A stretch of DNA of 64,000 nucleotides from Macrostomum hystrix (Eukaryota > Animalia > Platyhelminthes): contig CATNEN010000027.1 of the NCBI GenBank assembly GCA_950097015.1, forward strand, positions 806,001 to 870,000, read 5' to 3'. Shown piece after piece: positions 11,511 through 23,200 of the stretch (position 1 is its first letter; every line of letters begins with the position of its first letter). The translations under genes and the position numbers were made by a program. Under the pieces are notes generated by a model. It was not told where the DNA came from. It did no database searches and was given only the letters and a program-made list of their open reading frames with translations.

Positions 11511-13641
11511 ATGACGATCCAAGACGACCTGGCGTTCTTCTGCAACTCCACGTCGTTGCGCGGTGTTGCCAAGGCAACAAAATCGCCAACCAGAGTGCTC
11601 AGGACTCTGTGGACAGTGTACATCCTGGCAATGGCAGTCGCTTTGCTGACCTGCGTGTGCTTCATAGTGTTGGACTACACTCAGTACAAGACCATCATAC
11701 AGTCCACCCTGATCATCAACGACATGTCCAGTCACAGCTACCCGGCACTGACCTTCTGCAACCACTACCCTTTCCAGGAATCGGCGCACACTCTGTGGGC
11801 CAGCGGCAAGGTGCTATCGCCGGCCAACTATTCCAGAATGCTCCGACGCGAGGCCTTCGCGGCGTTCAGCAAGGGCGACTTCCGCACCATGGAGAACCTG
11901 CTAGTGTATGACTCCAAGCGAGTGTACTACCAGACACTGCCACACGAGCACGCACTTAATGTTAGCTTCACAATACCTCAGGTGTTTCTCTTCTGCATCC
12001 GGGGCCACGGCCACCTCATGGACATCACGGAAGCTGGCAGCTGCGAGTTCATAATTAAGAGCATCAGCATGCCATCATTTTTCACCTGTTTTCAGGTGCA
12101 GATTAATCAGCCGCACGATTGGATTACTCTGATCTTGCACGTTGTGAAGGGGCCGCAGAGCAGATACGAAGAGGCCTTCGTCCAGGATACCTTTGAACAG
12201 GCTCACGGAATTCGACTGCAGGTGCGAATGTTGTGCTACTTTCAAATTCAAGCCTCTGAGGTCTTGCTGCTCTCCTGTTCCAACAAGATAGCTGAGATTT
12301 AGAGGCATTCGCACTCATTCCGCACACATCTAAAGCAGTTAGGCAAGGCGCTCTTTGTTTGTCTCAAGGGACACATCACACAGGGACACATTACACAGGG
12401 ACACATCACACTCGGACACATCACACAGGGACACATTACACAGGGACACATCACACAGGGACACATCACACAGGGACACAACACACAGGGACACAACACA
12501 CTCAGACACATCACACAGGGACACAACTCACTCGGACACATCACACAGGGACACATCACACAGGGACACAACACACTCGGACACATCACACAGTGACACA
12601 TCTATCAAGGACACATCACAGCGGGGTACACTGGGGCAAGTTATCCAAAAGCGCTCATGGAATAACGGCCAGGAATTGGTCTATCTCGAGCAGGTCCACG
12701 AGAACAACACCTACCCGGATCCGACGGCCAAAGGCATTCACATTGAGCCCGGCAAGCTGGTGGAGATCAACTACCGGCACGTGCGCTGGCACGAGGCTGA
12801 CACTCCGCGTGACGTCTGCCTGCATCCAGAGGCCGTTCGCTCGCGCCGGGTCACCGACCTCGGCCAGGACTTCGCCTACTCGGCCGACGGCTGCGTCAAG
12901 GCGGCCATCGGGCGCCGGGTTCTTAGGCAGTGCGGCTGCCACTACGCCGAGTATCTGCGCGAGACGCCGCCAAACGCGACCCATCCATACTGCGGCGACA
13001 TGCGGCTGCGCTTCAGCGCCATCCATCGCAACTTGCTCTGCCTGAGCCAAATCAACTTCACGGCGCTGAAAATTGAGCTCAGCGAAAATGAGTGCGCCAG
13101 TCCGTGCAGCTACTCAAAGTTTGAGACCTTCACTTCGCAGACAGTGTGGAAGGCCACAGACTGGCAGCTCTACTGGCTGCTCAAGCAGTCACAGAGCCTC
13201 GCCCGCCTACGGGCTAGTCAGCGCCTATCAGAGGGTCCAGAGCGAGAGGAGCTGGTGCGCACGGCGAAGGACGACTTGAAGCGGCTGCTAAGCCTGCCGC
13301 GCCTGTCCAACCTGTCCGCCAGGGACGTCAGGCTGGACTTCAACTCGCACAGCAATGAGTTCGCCTACGTTACGGTGCGCAGGCAGACCTGCAATACCAT
13401 GCGCAAGTCCGAGGCCCAGTCGCTAAACCTGAGCGCCCTGATGAGCCAACTCGGCGGCCTGTGCAGCCTGTTCCTCGGTCTCACCTGCGCCGTCGCGGTG
13501 GAGCTGATCGAGGTAGTGCTAATGCGACGCTGGCGCCAACAGCAGGAGGCGGCAGCTGCAGTCACTGCTGGCGATGCTGCCGCTGCCATTGAGATGAAGA
13601 GGGAGTGCAGTAATGGGGACCACGCCACGGAGAGGCTGTAG
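11511..13641 (+). CDS. DEG/ENaC (amiloride-sensitive sodium channel family) subunit, 2 exons, 552 aa
   Basis: Exons 11511-12221 and 12694-13641 (CAG|GTGCGA ... GAGCAG|GTC, phase 0) join to HGIRLQ|VHENNTYPDP..GIHIEPG. Other marks: N-terminal FCNSTSLRG, TM1, YPALTFCN motif, Cys-rich ectodomain, and TM2 LMSQLGGLCSLFLGLTCAVAVELIE. Confidence 0.93.
12367..12620. repeat. 15-bp intronic minisatellite (AGGGACACATCACAC)n
   Basis: Lies inside the ENaC intron and explains the repetitive N-terminus of ORF 12355..13641. Confidence 0.96.
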
Positions 13642-14626
13642 GGAACTGCCGAACAACACAACACAAGCAAATAAAATCACAGCTAACATCTACATTTTAA
13701 AGATAACCTTTCAATGCTTTTGTGATCAGTCTCTGAGCTCGAGACCGCAGCGAGGCCGCATTCATTCACGGTGCAGTCATGGAGAGAAGGCTTGGGGGCT
13801 TGTTTGCGTTACAGATGCTGTGAGAGTGTACACTTCATGCCAATTCAAAATGCAGAGCAGACGTACAAACCTGTGTGAGGTTTGTCTATCTATGATTTGT
13901 ACCTCTTATTGTACTGTTTGTGGCAGCAGAAATTAGTGTTCAGAAAAAAAACGTTGAAAACAGGGATTTATTATTTAAGTCTGAATAGTTTCAAGTATAC
14001 TCGCGAAAAGACCAATTACCTTTATGAGAAATCAGCGATATTATCAGGCGATGCATATGGACAGAAAGCAGAAGAAAAACAAAAACACAGCGCTCTAATG
14101 ACCAATGCGCCTTGACAGACATGCCAGCAAAATTGTTAGTTGCAGGAACTAAAAATCGTCACATGCCCGCACAAAGTCTGGATTAAATTTATACTCTACT
14201 GCCACGTCAACAAATATAAGAATTCGTTAGTGTATCTTGAATAAGCAACAATAAAATAAGTTTTTTTTAAACGGTTGTACTACTAACAGTACAATGTAAA
14301 GTAAATTTCTTGGTGAAATGTTTTCGATGCATAGTGTCATACAGAACCTTACTTATATATGTACATTCACTCATTCGAACAAATAAATAGAGGCAATGAC
14401 AGCCATCTTAAAAAATGAAGGTGCGCCAAGACAAGCAAAAAATATAAATCTGCTCAAACTTTACCCATAAATGAGCATGAGGATGTTATTCTATCGGTTC
14501 GGATAAAAAGGGCTTTGCTTGGCTTCGTTAAATTTAGCTGTTCAGTCTAACAATGCAGGTCGCATTAAAATGAAGCTTTTAGTTTAGCTTTCCTCCTCAC
14601 AATCTAGTCCTCGCGAGGTTCGACAT

Positions 14627-16433
14627 TCAGTTCGGAATGTACTGCTGCTCCAGCGTCTTGTCGATGTCCTCGAACTCGTTGCGCAGCGTGGCGAAGGTCG
14701 GCCTGTCGTCCGGGTTCTGGTTCCAGCAGGCCATCATGTACTGCTGGTGAATCCGCACCGCTGTCTCCTCGTCTGCCCGGGACATGCCGGTTGTTCTGGG
14801 GTAGGGCAGCCGGTTCTTCGGGTTCTTCACAAACTGCATTACCTCGCGGTTGGACATGCCGACGTAGATGGAGCCGCCGAGGGTGATGATCTCGTACAGC
14901 AGGATGCCGTAGGACCAGACATCCGACTTGGTGGTGAAGCGGTTCTCGTGCATGGCCTCCGGTGCTGTCCACTTCACCGGGAACTTGCCCAGCGTCTCCG
15001 CCTGATATATTTCATCTTCTTGAACCACTCTGAATTGGCCAAGATGGTTCAGAATGGAGCGCTTCTGAGAAGCTTGTTACTCAAGTTTTGTACAGCTGCG
15101 CCTTCAAAATTAATCCTATAGAAGTGAAATTTGCAGTTGAGATCGTTTAAAATCGTCTCACCTGGCCAAGCCGAAATCAGCGACCTTTACAAAGTTGTCT
15201 TTGCCAACCAGAACATTGGCGGCCCGCAGATCTCTGTGGACAAACTTCTTTTCCTCCAGATAGGCCATTCCGTCCGCAATCTGGTAGGCGATGTCCAGTA
15301 GAATGGTCATCGTCAGCTTGTTGACGCCGGAGCTGGACTTTCTCAGGTAGTCCAGCAGGGCTCCGTTCTCCATGAACTCGGTGATGATGTAGATCTGGTC
15401 GGATGGCTCGCGAAGCTCAGTGCAAACGCCAAGAATGTTGACAATCTTCGGGTGCGACAGTTTATGCATGATCTTAGCCTCGTCCAGGAACTTGTCCTGC
15501 GACATGGCCGTATCTGGCTTCAGCGTCTTGATGGCCACATCCAGGATGCCGTTCCACTTGGCTAGCCAAACTGAAATAAGCAGGTGTAGCTTCACTCAGG
15601 TTCAGGTTCAGGTCCAAGTAATGACTATTCACACAGCAGGAAACTCGTATACCCTCTCCGAAGCTTCCAGCGCCGAGTTTGCGCACCATGCTCAGCGTCG
15701 ACCTGGGGACTTCGATTTCCTTGAACGGCACTACAGGCAGGTCTAACGGACAGGGGTCGGAAAGGGGCGAGCACAGACCGCCACCTGGATGGGCGAAAGC
15801 AGTGAGCAGACTCGGGTTTCTGTTATGTCATTTCAATAACTCTTTCTTAAACTTACTCTTGTACTCGTCAATCAACTTCTGCACAGTGGGATAGGTCTTC
15901 GATTTGTTGATGAAGAACACAGTCTCATCAGCTGAGTTCTTAATCTGGTAGTGCTTCACCAGGAAATTGTTCTCGCATCGGCGGTCGGGAGTTCGAACGC
16001 TGAGCGCCAATCGAGCCAGGCCAGCGCTTTGCTTGGCGCAAGGCCGGATGATGTAGGTCCCAGCTGGCAGACCGGCTCGCAGCAGCATCCGGTTGGCGTC
16101 CATCCGGTTGCAGTCCATCCAGCCGCTCAGCTGGCAGGGCATGCCGTTGTACTTGCTGATGTAGTTGTTCGGCACCAGACCGCTGCGATTCGTCTCGAGA
16201 TTCCGCGCCTTCCACCACTGGCTGGTCTGGCACTGCTCCGGCGTGAACTCCAGCTCGATCATGTCACCCTTGCGGATTGACAGCTCGTCTTGCTGGGAGG
16301 CGACGAAATTGTGAATGGCCATGTAGACATTGCGATCATTTTTGCTGGCCGGAACTGAATCAGCGCCTGCCTGGCGATTTGAGCTGCCTCTCGATGAGGA
16401 CTTCGGGTTGCACTTTGAGAAGGCTGAGCCCAT
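14627..16433 (-). CDS. Src-family non-receptor tyrosine kinase, 4 exons, 506 aa
   Basis: Exons 15857-16433, 15653-15784, 15162-15570 and 14627-15029, all GT-AG and phase-consistent. Motifs: MGSAFSK myristoylation signal, SH3 (WWKARN..GLVPNNYI), SH2, GAGSFGEVW, VAIK, HRDLRAAN, DFGLAR, activation-loop DEIYQA, KWTAPE and C-terminal inhibitory QQYIPN. Confidence 0.97.
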
Positions 16434-16777
16434 TCTTGAAGCACTGCAGCTTCGCTGAATTCTTTAATTTTCCTTGCTTCGAAAAATTTAAAAAAGTACG
16501 CGAAGCCGTGTGTGTTTGTGAGGCTGCGAGTGTCGGCCTGTGCCACCGCGGACCCTGTCTTGTGCAGCTGCAGAGTGTTTATGCCCAGCCTGACCCTCCA
16601 TGTAGCTCAACTTTGTCAATAATCTATCGGAAGAATCTCTCGAGCTAAACACTTGGCAGTGACGCAGGCCGGAACTGCACCTTCATGAAGGCGCGAATGG
16701 CGCAGGCCAGGTAGAAGAATTATAATTTTTATCGAACGGATCTTGCTAATGCGCACACAGCTGTACTGTACAACACT
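15767..16777. repeat. Local segmental duplication, copy B (source; partner 288-1298)
   Basis: Same sequence as 288-1298. Covers Src exon 1, intron 1, 18 bp of exon 2 and about 340 bp upstream of the ATG. Confidence 0.97.
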
Positions 16778-17082
16778 TCGACTTGTGTTCAATTCGAGCC
16801 GCAATTATGGGCGTGAAGCTACTATATCAAACGCTTTTGGGTACAATTTTGGACTTCATCAGGCCAGTCTGAAGTTTACATAGCTTTAACGACAGGATAT
16901 ATCTCATTTGTTTATCACTTAATTAGCTAGCTAACTGGTTACTGATGTGGTACGCTTCACTGACTAGAAATAAAATTTGAATTTAGATTACTTTCCAATA
17001 ACTGGAGAAGCTGAAGCAGGTAGACAGGCTCAATGGATTAAATTGTCTTCTGATCGATTTTATTTCCAATTCCAATGGCAAG

Positions 17083-17310
17083 TGTTTAGCCTAGCGGTTA
17101 GAAAGTTGGACTCAAGACTGGAAGGTCGTGGGTTCGATTCCCGAATTCATCGGTACTTCACCCAGCTGAATTAAAGAGGTAACCAGCATCAGCTAGGGTA
17201 ATTGAGGGTGGGTGTGCCGTTTCCCCAGTCCATGGACTGAACAGCCGTACGTAGCCATAACTGCGGCTGTTCTGTCGGCTGTCCATTTGGCCCGATTGCG
17301 GCAGGTGTAA
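17083..17310 (+). mobile_element. tRNA-derived SINE, family B
   Basis: A-box TAGCCTAGCGG (17087) and B-box GGTTCGATTCC (17131). The body shares TTCACCCAGCTG with the copy at 35376-35575 and CCAGTCCAYGGACTGAAC with the copy at 49640-49825. Confidence 0.75.
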
Positions 17311-17883
17311 TAAGTTACTGATTATCAATTTTTTATGTCTTGGTCCTTGAGTTAACCTTGGTCCTTCTTTATTATCCCGAGGTGAGGTCTGCATCGTGTC
17401 AATTTAATATTTATATCTAGCTCTTCTATTGTTAGACCAAATTTTAGGCTTAATCGAATTGAAATTTCTGCAAAGACTTTTAATATCAAAGGCTTATATT
17501 TCTTTGTACTCGCTTTTTATGCTGCTTTTCTAGACGGTGAATTATTAAATAATTTTTCATGCTGCTCACAAATAGTAGTTTTAGAATAGCCAAAGCTTAA
17601 GAATATATCAATAGTTACAGGCGAGAACTGGTAAAAAACGGATGTTAGGAACGCTAGGACACAAGTACGCTATCGCTGGAAATTCATTGTTAATACAGAA
17701 GTACTATTGACAGACATCAGGAATTCAACACACACAATGTTTTATAAATAAAGAAAAAGTTACAGTTTGATCCTCACAGCTATTAGATTACAGTTATCAA
17801 TCAAATAAGCATATGTTGCCAGTTGTAGTAAGATGGTAAGAAAGTAAGATATTAAAATAATTATTTGCAACGATTCTGTCATT

Positions 17884-18408
17884 CCGTCTATGGCTCCTGC
17901 TACTATTCTGTGTGATCCTGTCTATGGCTCCTGCTACTATTCTATGTGATCCTGTCTATGGCTCCTGCTACTATTCTGTGTGATCCTGTCTATGGCTCCT
18001 GCTACTATTCTATGTGATTCTGTCTATGGCTCCTGCTACTATTCTATGTGATTCTGTCTATGGCTCCTGCTACTACTCTATGTGATTCTGTCTATGGCTC
18101 CTGCTACTATTCTGTGTGATTCTGTCTATGGCTCCTGCTACTATTCTGTGTGATCCTGTCTATGGCTCCTGCTACTATTCTATGTGATTCTGTCTATGGC
18201 TCCTGCTACTATTCTATGTGATTCTGTCTATGGCTCCTGCTACTATTCTGTGTGATTCTGTCTATGGCTCCTGCTACTATTCTATGTGATCCTGTCTATG
18301 GCTCCTGCTACTATTCTATGTGATTCTGTCTATGGCTCCTGCTACTATTCTATGTGATTCTGTCTATGGCTCCTGCTACTATTCTGTGTGATCCTGTCTA
18401 TGGCTCCT
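17884..18408. repeat. 34-bp minisatellite (CTGTCTATGGCTCCTGCTACTATTCTATGTGATC)n, about 15 copies
   Basis: 34-bp period, ending about 35 bp from the stop codon of the minus-strand membrane-protein gene (3' UTR side). Confidence 0.97.
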
Positions 18409-18442
18409 GGGACTCCAGCTCCGATCCTGTGAGCCTCATGCC

Positions 18443-19890
18443 TTAGTGCTTCAGCGAATACGAATTGGTATTCCTGGGAAAGATCGGCTCTAGCCTGGAC
18501 CGGACAATGGCTGCGATGATCTTCAGCATCAGTGCCAGGCCGAGGATGCACAGCAGTAGCAGCAGCAGGATGTCGGTGGTTGTCCAGCCCACGAATTTGT
18601 TGCCAATGGCAGTTCCGCTGGCCCAGGCCAGGGCGATGTGCGGCGTGAAGACGAAGCGCAGCGCCCGGTCCAGCGTCGTCAACTCCATCACGACGTAGCC
18701 GGCGACCACCGCATTCAGCAGGGCCAGTGCCACGAAGCTGGCCGTGTAATTCGACAGGCTAGTGACGAAGGTCAGTGTGAGGTCCAGGTTGAGAAACGAG
18801 GCGAACACGGCCCAGCCGGCGTACAAGGAGACGCCGTTCTGAACGAAGACTACCGTCAGCCAGTAGGCGGACTGACACAGGACCAGCTGGCTCCTGGCCA
18901 CCCACAGCCAATAATAGGAGGAGATCAACGCAAGGATCAGCGACAGCGCCAGTGCGAACATCACGCATACCTGCAATCGATTTTTAGTTAAATAGTACCT
19001 TATTTTTCGGGCTTAAATATAGCAGAAGTAAGGTCGCTCACATCACTCCATTACTTCCTGCCCCCTCCGCAAAAATCAGATCACTCTGTCACTTCCTCTC
19101 CCTCTGCACAAATAAGATCACACCCACCTCACTCCGTCACTTCCTGTCCCTCCGCACAAATAAGATCACACCCACCTCACTCCGTCACTTCATGTCCCTC
19201 TGCACAAATAAGATCCCCCACCTCACTCCACCAACTCCTGTCCCTCCTCACAAATATGATAACCCACCTCACTCCGTCACTTCCTGTCCCTCTTCACAAG
19301 TCAGAGCGCCCACCTCACAGCAACTATCTTGTGCCCAAACTAACAACCAGCAACAAAAGTCAGGCCTTTGCCAGTGTCCCATCGAATTTTTTCACCTGAT
19401 TTAAGAAAATTAATATTTACAAAACTCGTGCATCAGTACAGTAAATCATCACCTGTGGTATGAGCAGATAGTGATACTTGTCCACCCGATCGGCCAGAAA
19501 AATCCAGGCCAAGTTGAGCAGGCTGGCTATGAAGTGCCAAAAGAGAAGGCCGGCTGGTGCCAGGTCCGGATCGCTGCACAGGAGGCCGCGGCTCGGTGCT
19601 CGCCTGCACAGAGTGGTCCAGCAGTGCGCCAGCACCAGCAGCTGATAGGCGTAGATGGCAATCCAGGCGCTAAAGCCCCAGCCAATAGGCGTGAAAGTGC
19701 TATTAGTGAACACGCCTCTCATGCTCCATGACATCGAGCCTGTCACGTTGTCGCTCTCATACAGGCCGATTAACCGGCCCTGCTCCCTAGTATTATCATT
19801 GCCAAGGTAGCTGACCACAATGCTCATGACAAGGGCGATGCTGGCGCACAACAGTAGGATGCACTTTCCGATGCGCACTGATTGGCACAT
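18443..19890 (-). CDS. Multi-pass membrane protein, TspO/MBR-like (tryptophan-rich sensory protein-like) family, 2 exons, 321 aa
   Basis: Exons 19453-19890 and 18443-18970 (CAG|GTGATG ... TTGCAG|GTA, phase 0). Several hydrophobic helices, with motifs FTPIGWGFSAWIAIY, LNLAWIF and QNGVSLYAGWAVFASFLN. Family recognised from memory of these motifs. Confidence 0.8.
19040..19320. repeat. Degenerate ~48-bp intronic repeat with core CACCCACCTCACTCC
   Basis: About 6 copies; TAAGATC recurs at 19113 and 19161. Confidence 0.9.
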
Positions 19891-20087
19891 TTTCTGGCTG
19901 ATTTCTGGTCGGCACGGGAGTCTGCAAGAGGGTGTCGTGGTGTACACAAAGTGGTGAGGAAGGGAGTGAGGTGTGCGACTTCCCATTTTTAAGTGTGCGG
20001 AAATGGAGTGAGGCAGGCTTCTTAATACTGATAAGTGTGCAGGAAGGGAGTGAAGTGGGATTTTTTTTATTAACAAGTGTACATGTC

Positions 20088-20362
20088 GGGAGTGAGGTGG
20101 GCGTCTTCTTTCTGGCATAGTGTTCATGCAGGGAGTGAGGTGGGCGTCTTCTTTCTAGCATAGTGTTCATGCAGGCAGTGAGGTGGGCGTCTTCTTTCTA
20201 GCATAGTGTTCATGCAGGGAGTGAGGTGGGCGTCTTCTTTCTAGCATAGTGTTCATGCAGGGAGTGAGGTGGGCGTCTTCTTTCTAGCATAGTGTTCATG
20301 CAGGGAGTGAGGTGGGCGTCTTCTTTCTAGCATAGTGTTCATGCAGGGAGTGAGGTGGGCGC
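20088..20362. repeat. 43-bp repeat (GGGAGTGAGGTGGGCGTCTTCTTTCTAGCATAGTGTTCATGCA)n
   Basis: About 6 near-identical copies upstream of the ATG at 19890. The core is the reverse complement of the intronic repeat core. Confidence 0.95.
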
Positions 20363-21330
20363 ATTTAGATATCAAAATTACAGAAAAGCGATTCGGGCAC
20401 ACCTGACTACCGACTTCCTCACCGATCCGGAGGAGTCGATGTTACCTTTATAGATTGAGTAACAGAGTTTGTCCCAGTGAGTCAGGATTTGTTTTCGAGT
20501 TGTTTTCGTCAAAGCCCTGCTATTTTTGGCTCACCAAATCTTCTCAAAAATGGGATTCATGATGGCTTTTATTAACAAAAAGTGAACTTAGCCTCCGACC
20601 CGCCTGATGGATTAGGCAGGGATCTAAAAATATCTGAGCATAGAAGTCAAACTATAGGTCAAAAATATAGCTTACCTTTAACTGAATTTGGTCCTTTCAG
20701 TATCAAAATGTCCCAGGTGTTTAACTGCCTGAATTAAACGGTTGATCGCTACCCTCTATGTCTCTGTCTGCTTTTAGAGAGCTTTTAGAAGGCCACGCCC
20801 TGTGCGAGATGAATTCTTTTTTCTGCTGAAAGCTTTTGCCTCAAGCCGAAGTCTCAAATGGTGCCTAAGCGTCGTGAGAAAAGCTATTTTTCTTATCTCT
20901 CTTTTTTCGGACAGAAACCAGCAGCTCGCATTCCATTGTAAAGAAGGAGAAGAAAATAGCCAGAGAACACACTTCCATCAAGACAGAGAGAGCGCGAGAC
21001 AGATTTTCGCTGCAAACCAATTGGTGCAGTGCCGTGCAAGCTTTGTCCACAAAAATTTGCATATTTTTCTCAGTTCTAAGGGTGCTCACAGTGAGTCTGC
21101 GTGCTTGCAATGCATTGCTCTATCTGTAACTATGCTACACTTATGCTCTCTGAAACACAGAAATGCTCGGCGTTTTTTCTTGCCCGCTAATAATGTCACA
21201 AGGCGAGTTCGCTGTCAGGCCTAATTTTCAGGAGGAATCAAAGCGAGCTAATGACTGTTTCTGAATCAATAGCTGCAGAGTTGGATTTTAAGAACTGTGT
21301 CGTGACTCAGTGACGCGGCATTATCATTAC

Positions 21331-22409
21331 CCAGAATCGCAGCAAGATCCTTGACCAGAATCGCAGCAAGATTCTTGACTAGAATCACAGCAGGATCATT
21401 GGCAAGAATCGCAGCAGGATCCTTGACTAGAATCGCGGCTGGATCCTTAACAAGAATCGCAGCAAAATACTCGACCAGAATCGCAGCAGGATCTTTGGCC
21501 AGAAACGCAGCAGGACCTTTAACTAGAATCGCAGCAAGATCCTTGACCAGAACCGCAGCAAGATCCTTGATCAGAATCGCAGCAAGATCCTTGACCAGAA
21601 TCGCAGCAAGATCCTTGACTAGAATCGCAGCTGGATCCTTGACTAGAATCGCAGCAGGATCCTTAACAAGAATCGCAGCAAAATACTCGACCAGAATCGC
21701 AGCAGGATCTTTGGCCAGAAACGCAGAAGGATCTTTGGCCAGAAACGCAGCAGGACCTTTAACTTGAATCGCAGCAGGATCCTTGACCAGAATCGCAGCA
21801 GGATCCTTGACCAGAATCGCAGCAAGATCCTTGACCAGAATCGCAGCAAGATCCTTGACCAGAATCGCAGCAAGATCCTTGACCAGAATCGCAGCAAGAT
21901 CCTTGACCAGAATCGCAGCAAGATCCTTGACCAGAATCGCAGCAAGATCCTTGACCAGAATCGCAGAAAGATCCTTGACCAGAATCGCAGCAAGATCCTT
22001 GACCAGAATCGCAGAAAGATTCTTGACTAGAATCACAGCAGGATCATTGGCAAGAATCGCATCAGGATCCTTGACTAGAATCGCAGCAGGATCCTTAACA
22101 AGAATCGCAGCAAAATACTCGACCAGAATCGCAGCAGGATCTTTGGCCAGAAACGCAGAAGGATCTTTGGCCAGAAACGCAGCAGGACCTTTAACTTGAA
22201 TCGCAGCAGGATCCTTGACCAGAATCGCAGCAGGATCCTTGGCAAGAATCACAAATCACAGCAAGATCCTTGACCAGAATCGCAGCAAGATCCTTGACCA
22301 GAATCGCAGCAAGATCCTTGACTAGAATCGCGGCAAGATCCTTGACCAGAATCGCTGCAAAATCCTTGACCAGAATCGCAGCAAGATCCTTGACTAGAAT
22401 CGCAGCAGG
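21331..22409. repeat. 24-bp minisatellite (GAATCGCAGCAAGATCCTTGACCA)n with duplicated variant blocks
   Basis: 24-bp period, about 45 copies; reads ILVKDLAA on the minus strand. Confidence 0.97.
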
Positions 22410-22723
22410 CGCTGACTGACCTCATAACTTCTGTCCTATATTACATGCACGCAATAAGCGCTTTTGCGTTCACTCACACAGTCAGGAAGCGGCAGAGGTT
22501 GGCGAGCTTTTCAACCTGACAGTAACGGAAAGGACAGGAAAACTACAGTGATTTCCGCCATGAACTGGGAAACTCAAAATCAATTTGAAAATGTCCATTC
22601 TTGCCGGCGCGTTGTAATTCTAGTTTCCGTCTTAGAATCGTGTTTACTAGGACATCAGATGAAATTATATTCTATCTGGCTTGTGCAATTGGTCTTGGGC
22701 ATGTAGCCTAGTGGTTAGATTAG

Positions 22724-23034
22724 AACCCTGATTAAACATCACCAACACCTGATTAAACATCACCTAACCCTGATTAAATATCACCAAACCCTGATTAAAC
22801 ATCACCTAACCCTGATTAAATATCACCAAACCCTGATTAAACATCACCTAACCCTGATTAAACATCACCTAACCCTGATTAAACATCACCAAACCCTGAT
22901 TAAACATCACCTAACCCTGATTAAACATCACCAAACCCTGATTAAACATCACCAAACCCTGATTAAACATCACCAAACCCCGATTAAATATCACCAAACC
23001 CTGATTAAACATTATCAAACACTCATTAAACATC
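22724..23034. repeat. 21-bp minisatellite (AACCCTGATTAAACATCACCA)n
   Basis: 21-bp period, directly abutting an RTE fragment. Confidence 0.96.
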
Positions 23035-23200
23035 AGCGAGTCCTTCAGCGTCGAGGTCTCGGCGTTGTACAGCAGGACGGTCTCGACCACCGCCTGGAAC
23101 AGTGCCGCCCTCTGGCGATCAGGTAGGGCCTCGGACTGCAGGACTGCCCTCACAGAACGAAAGGCAGCCCAAGCGAGTTCGCGGTGACGTGTAAAGTGTT
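23035..23200 (-). mobile_element. RTE-type LINE fragment (region just C-terminal of the RT domain)
   Basis: Translates RELAWAAFRSVRAVLQSEALPDRQRAALFQAVVETVLLYNAETSTL, matching the RTE motif ..F.A.VE.VLLY.AETWTL. Confidence 0.8.

Noticed and set aside
17083-17150. Functional tRNA gene (also at 35279 and 58925)
   Set aside because: A- and B-boxes are present, but I see no complete cloverleaf or T-run terminator, and each continues into shared SINE body sequence.
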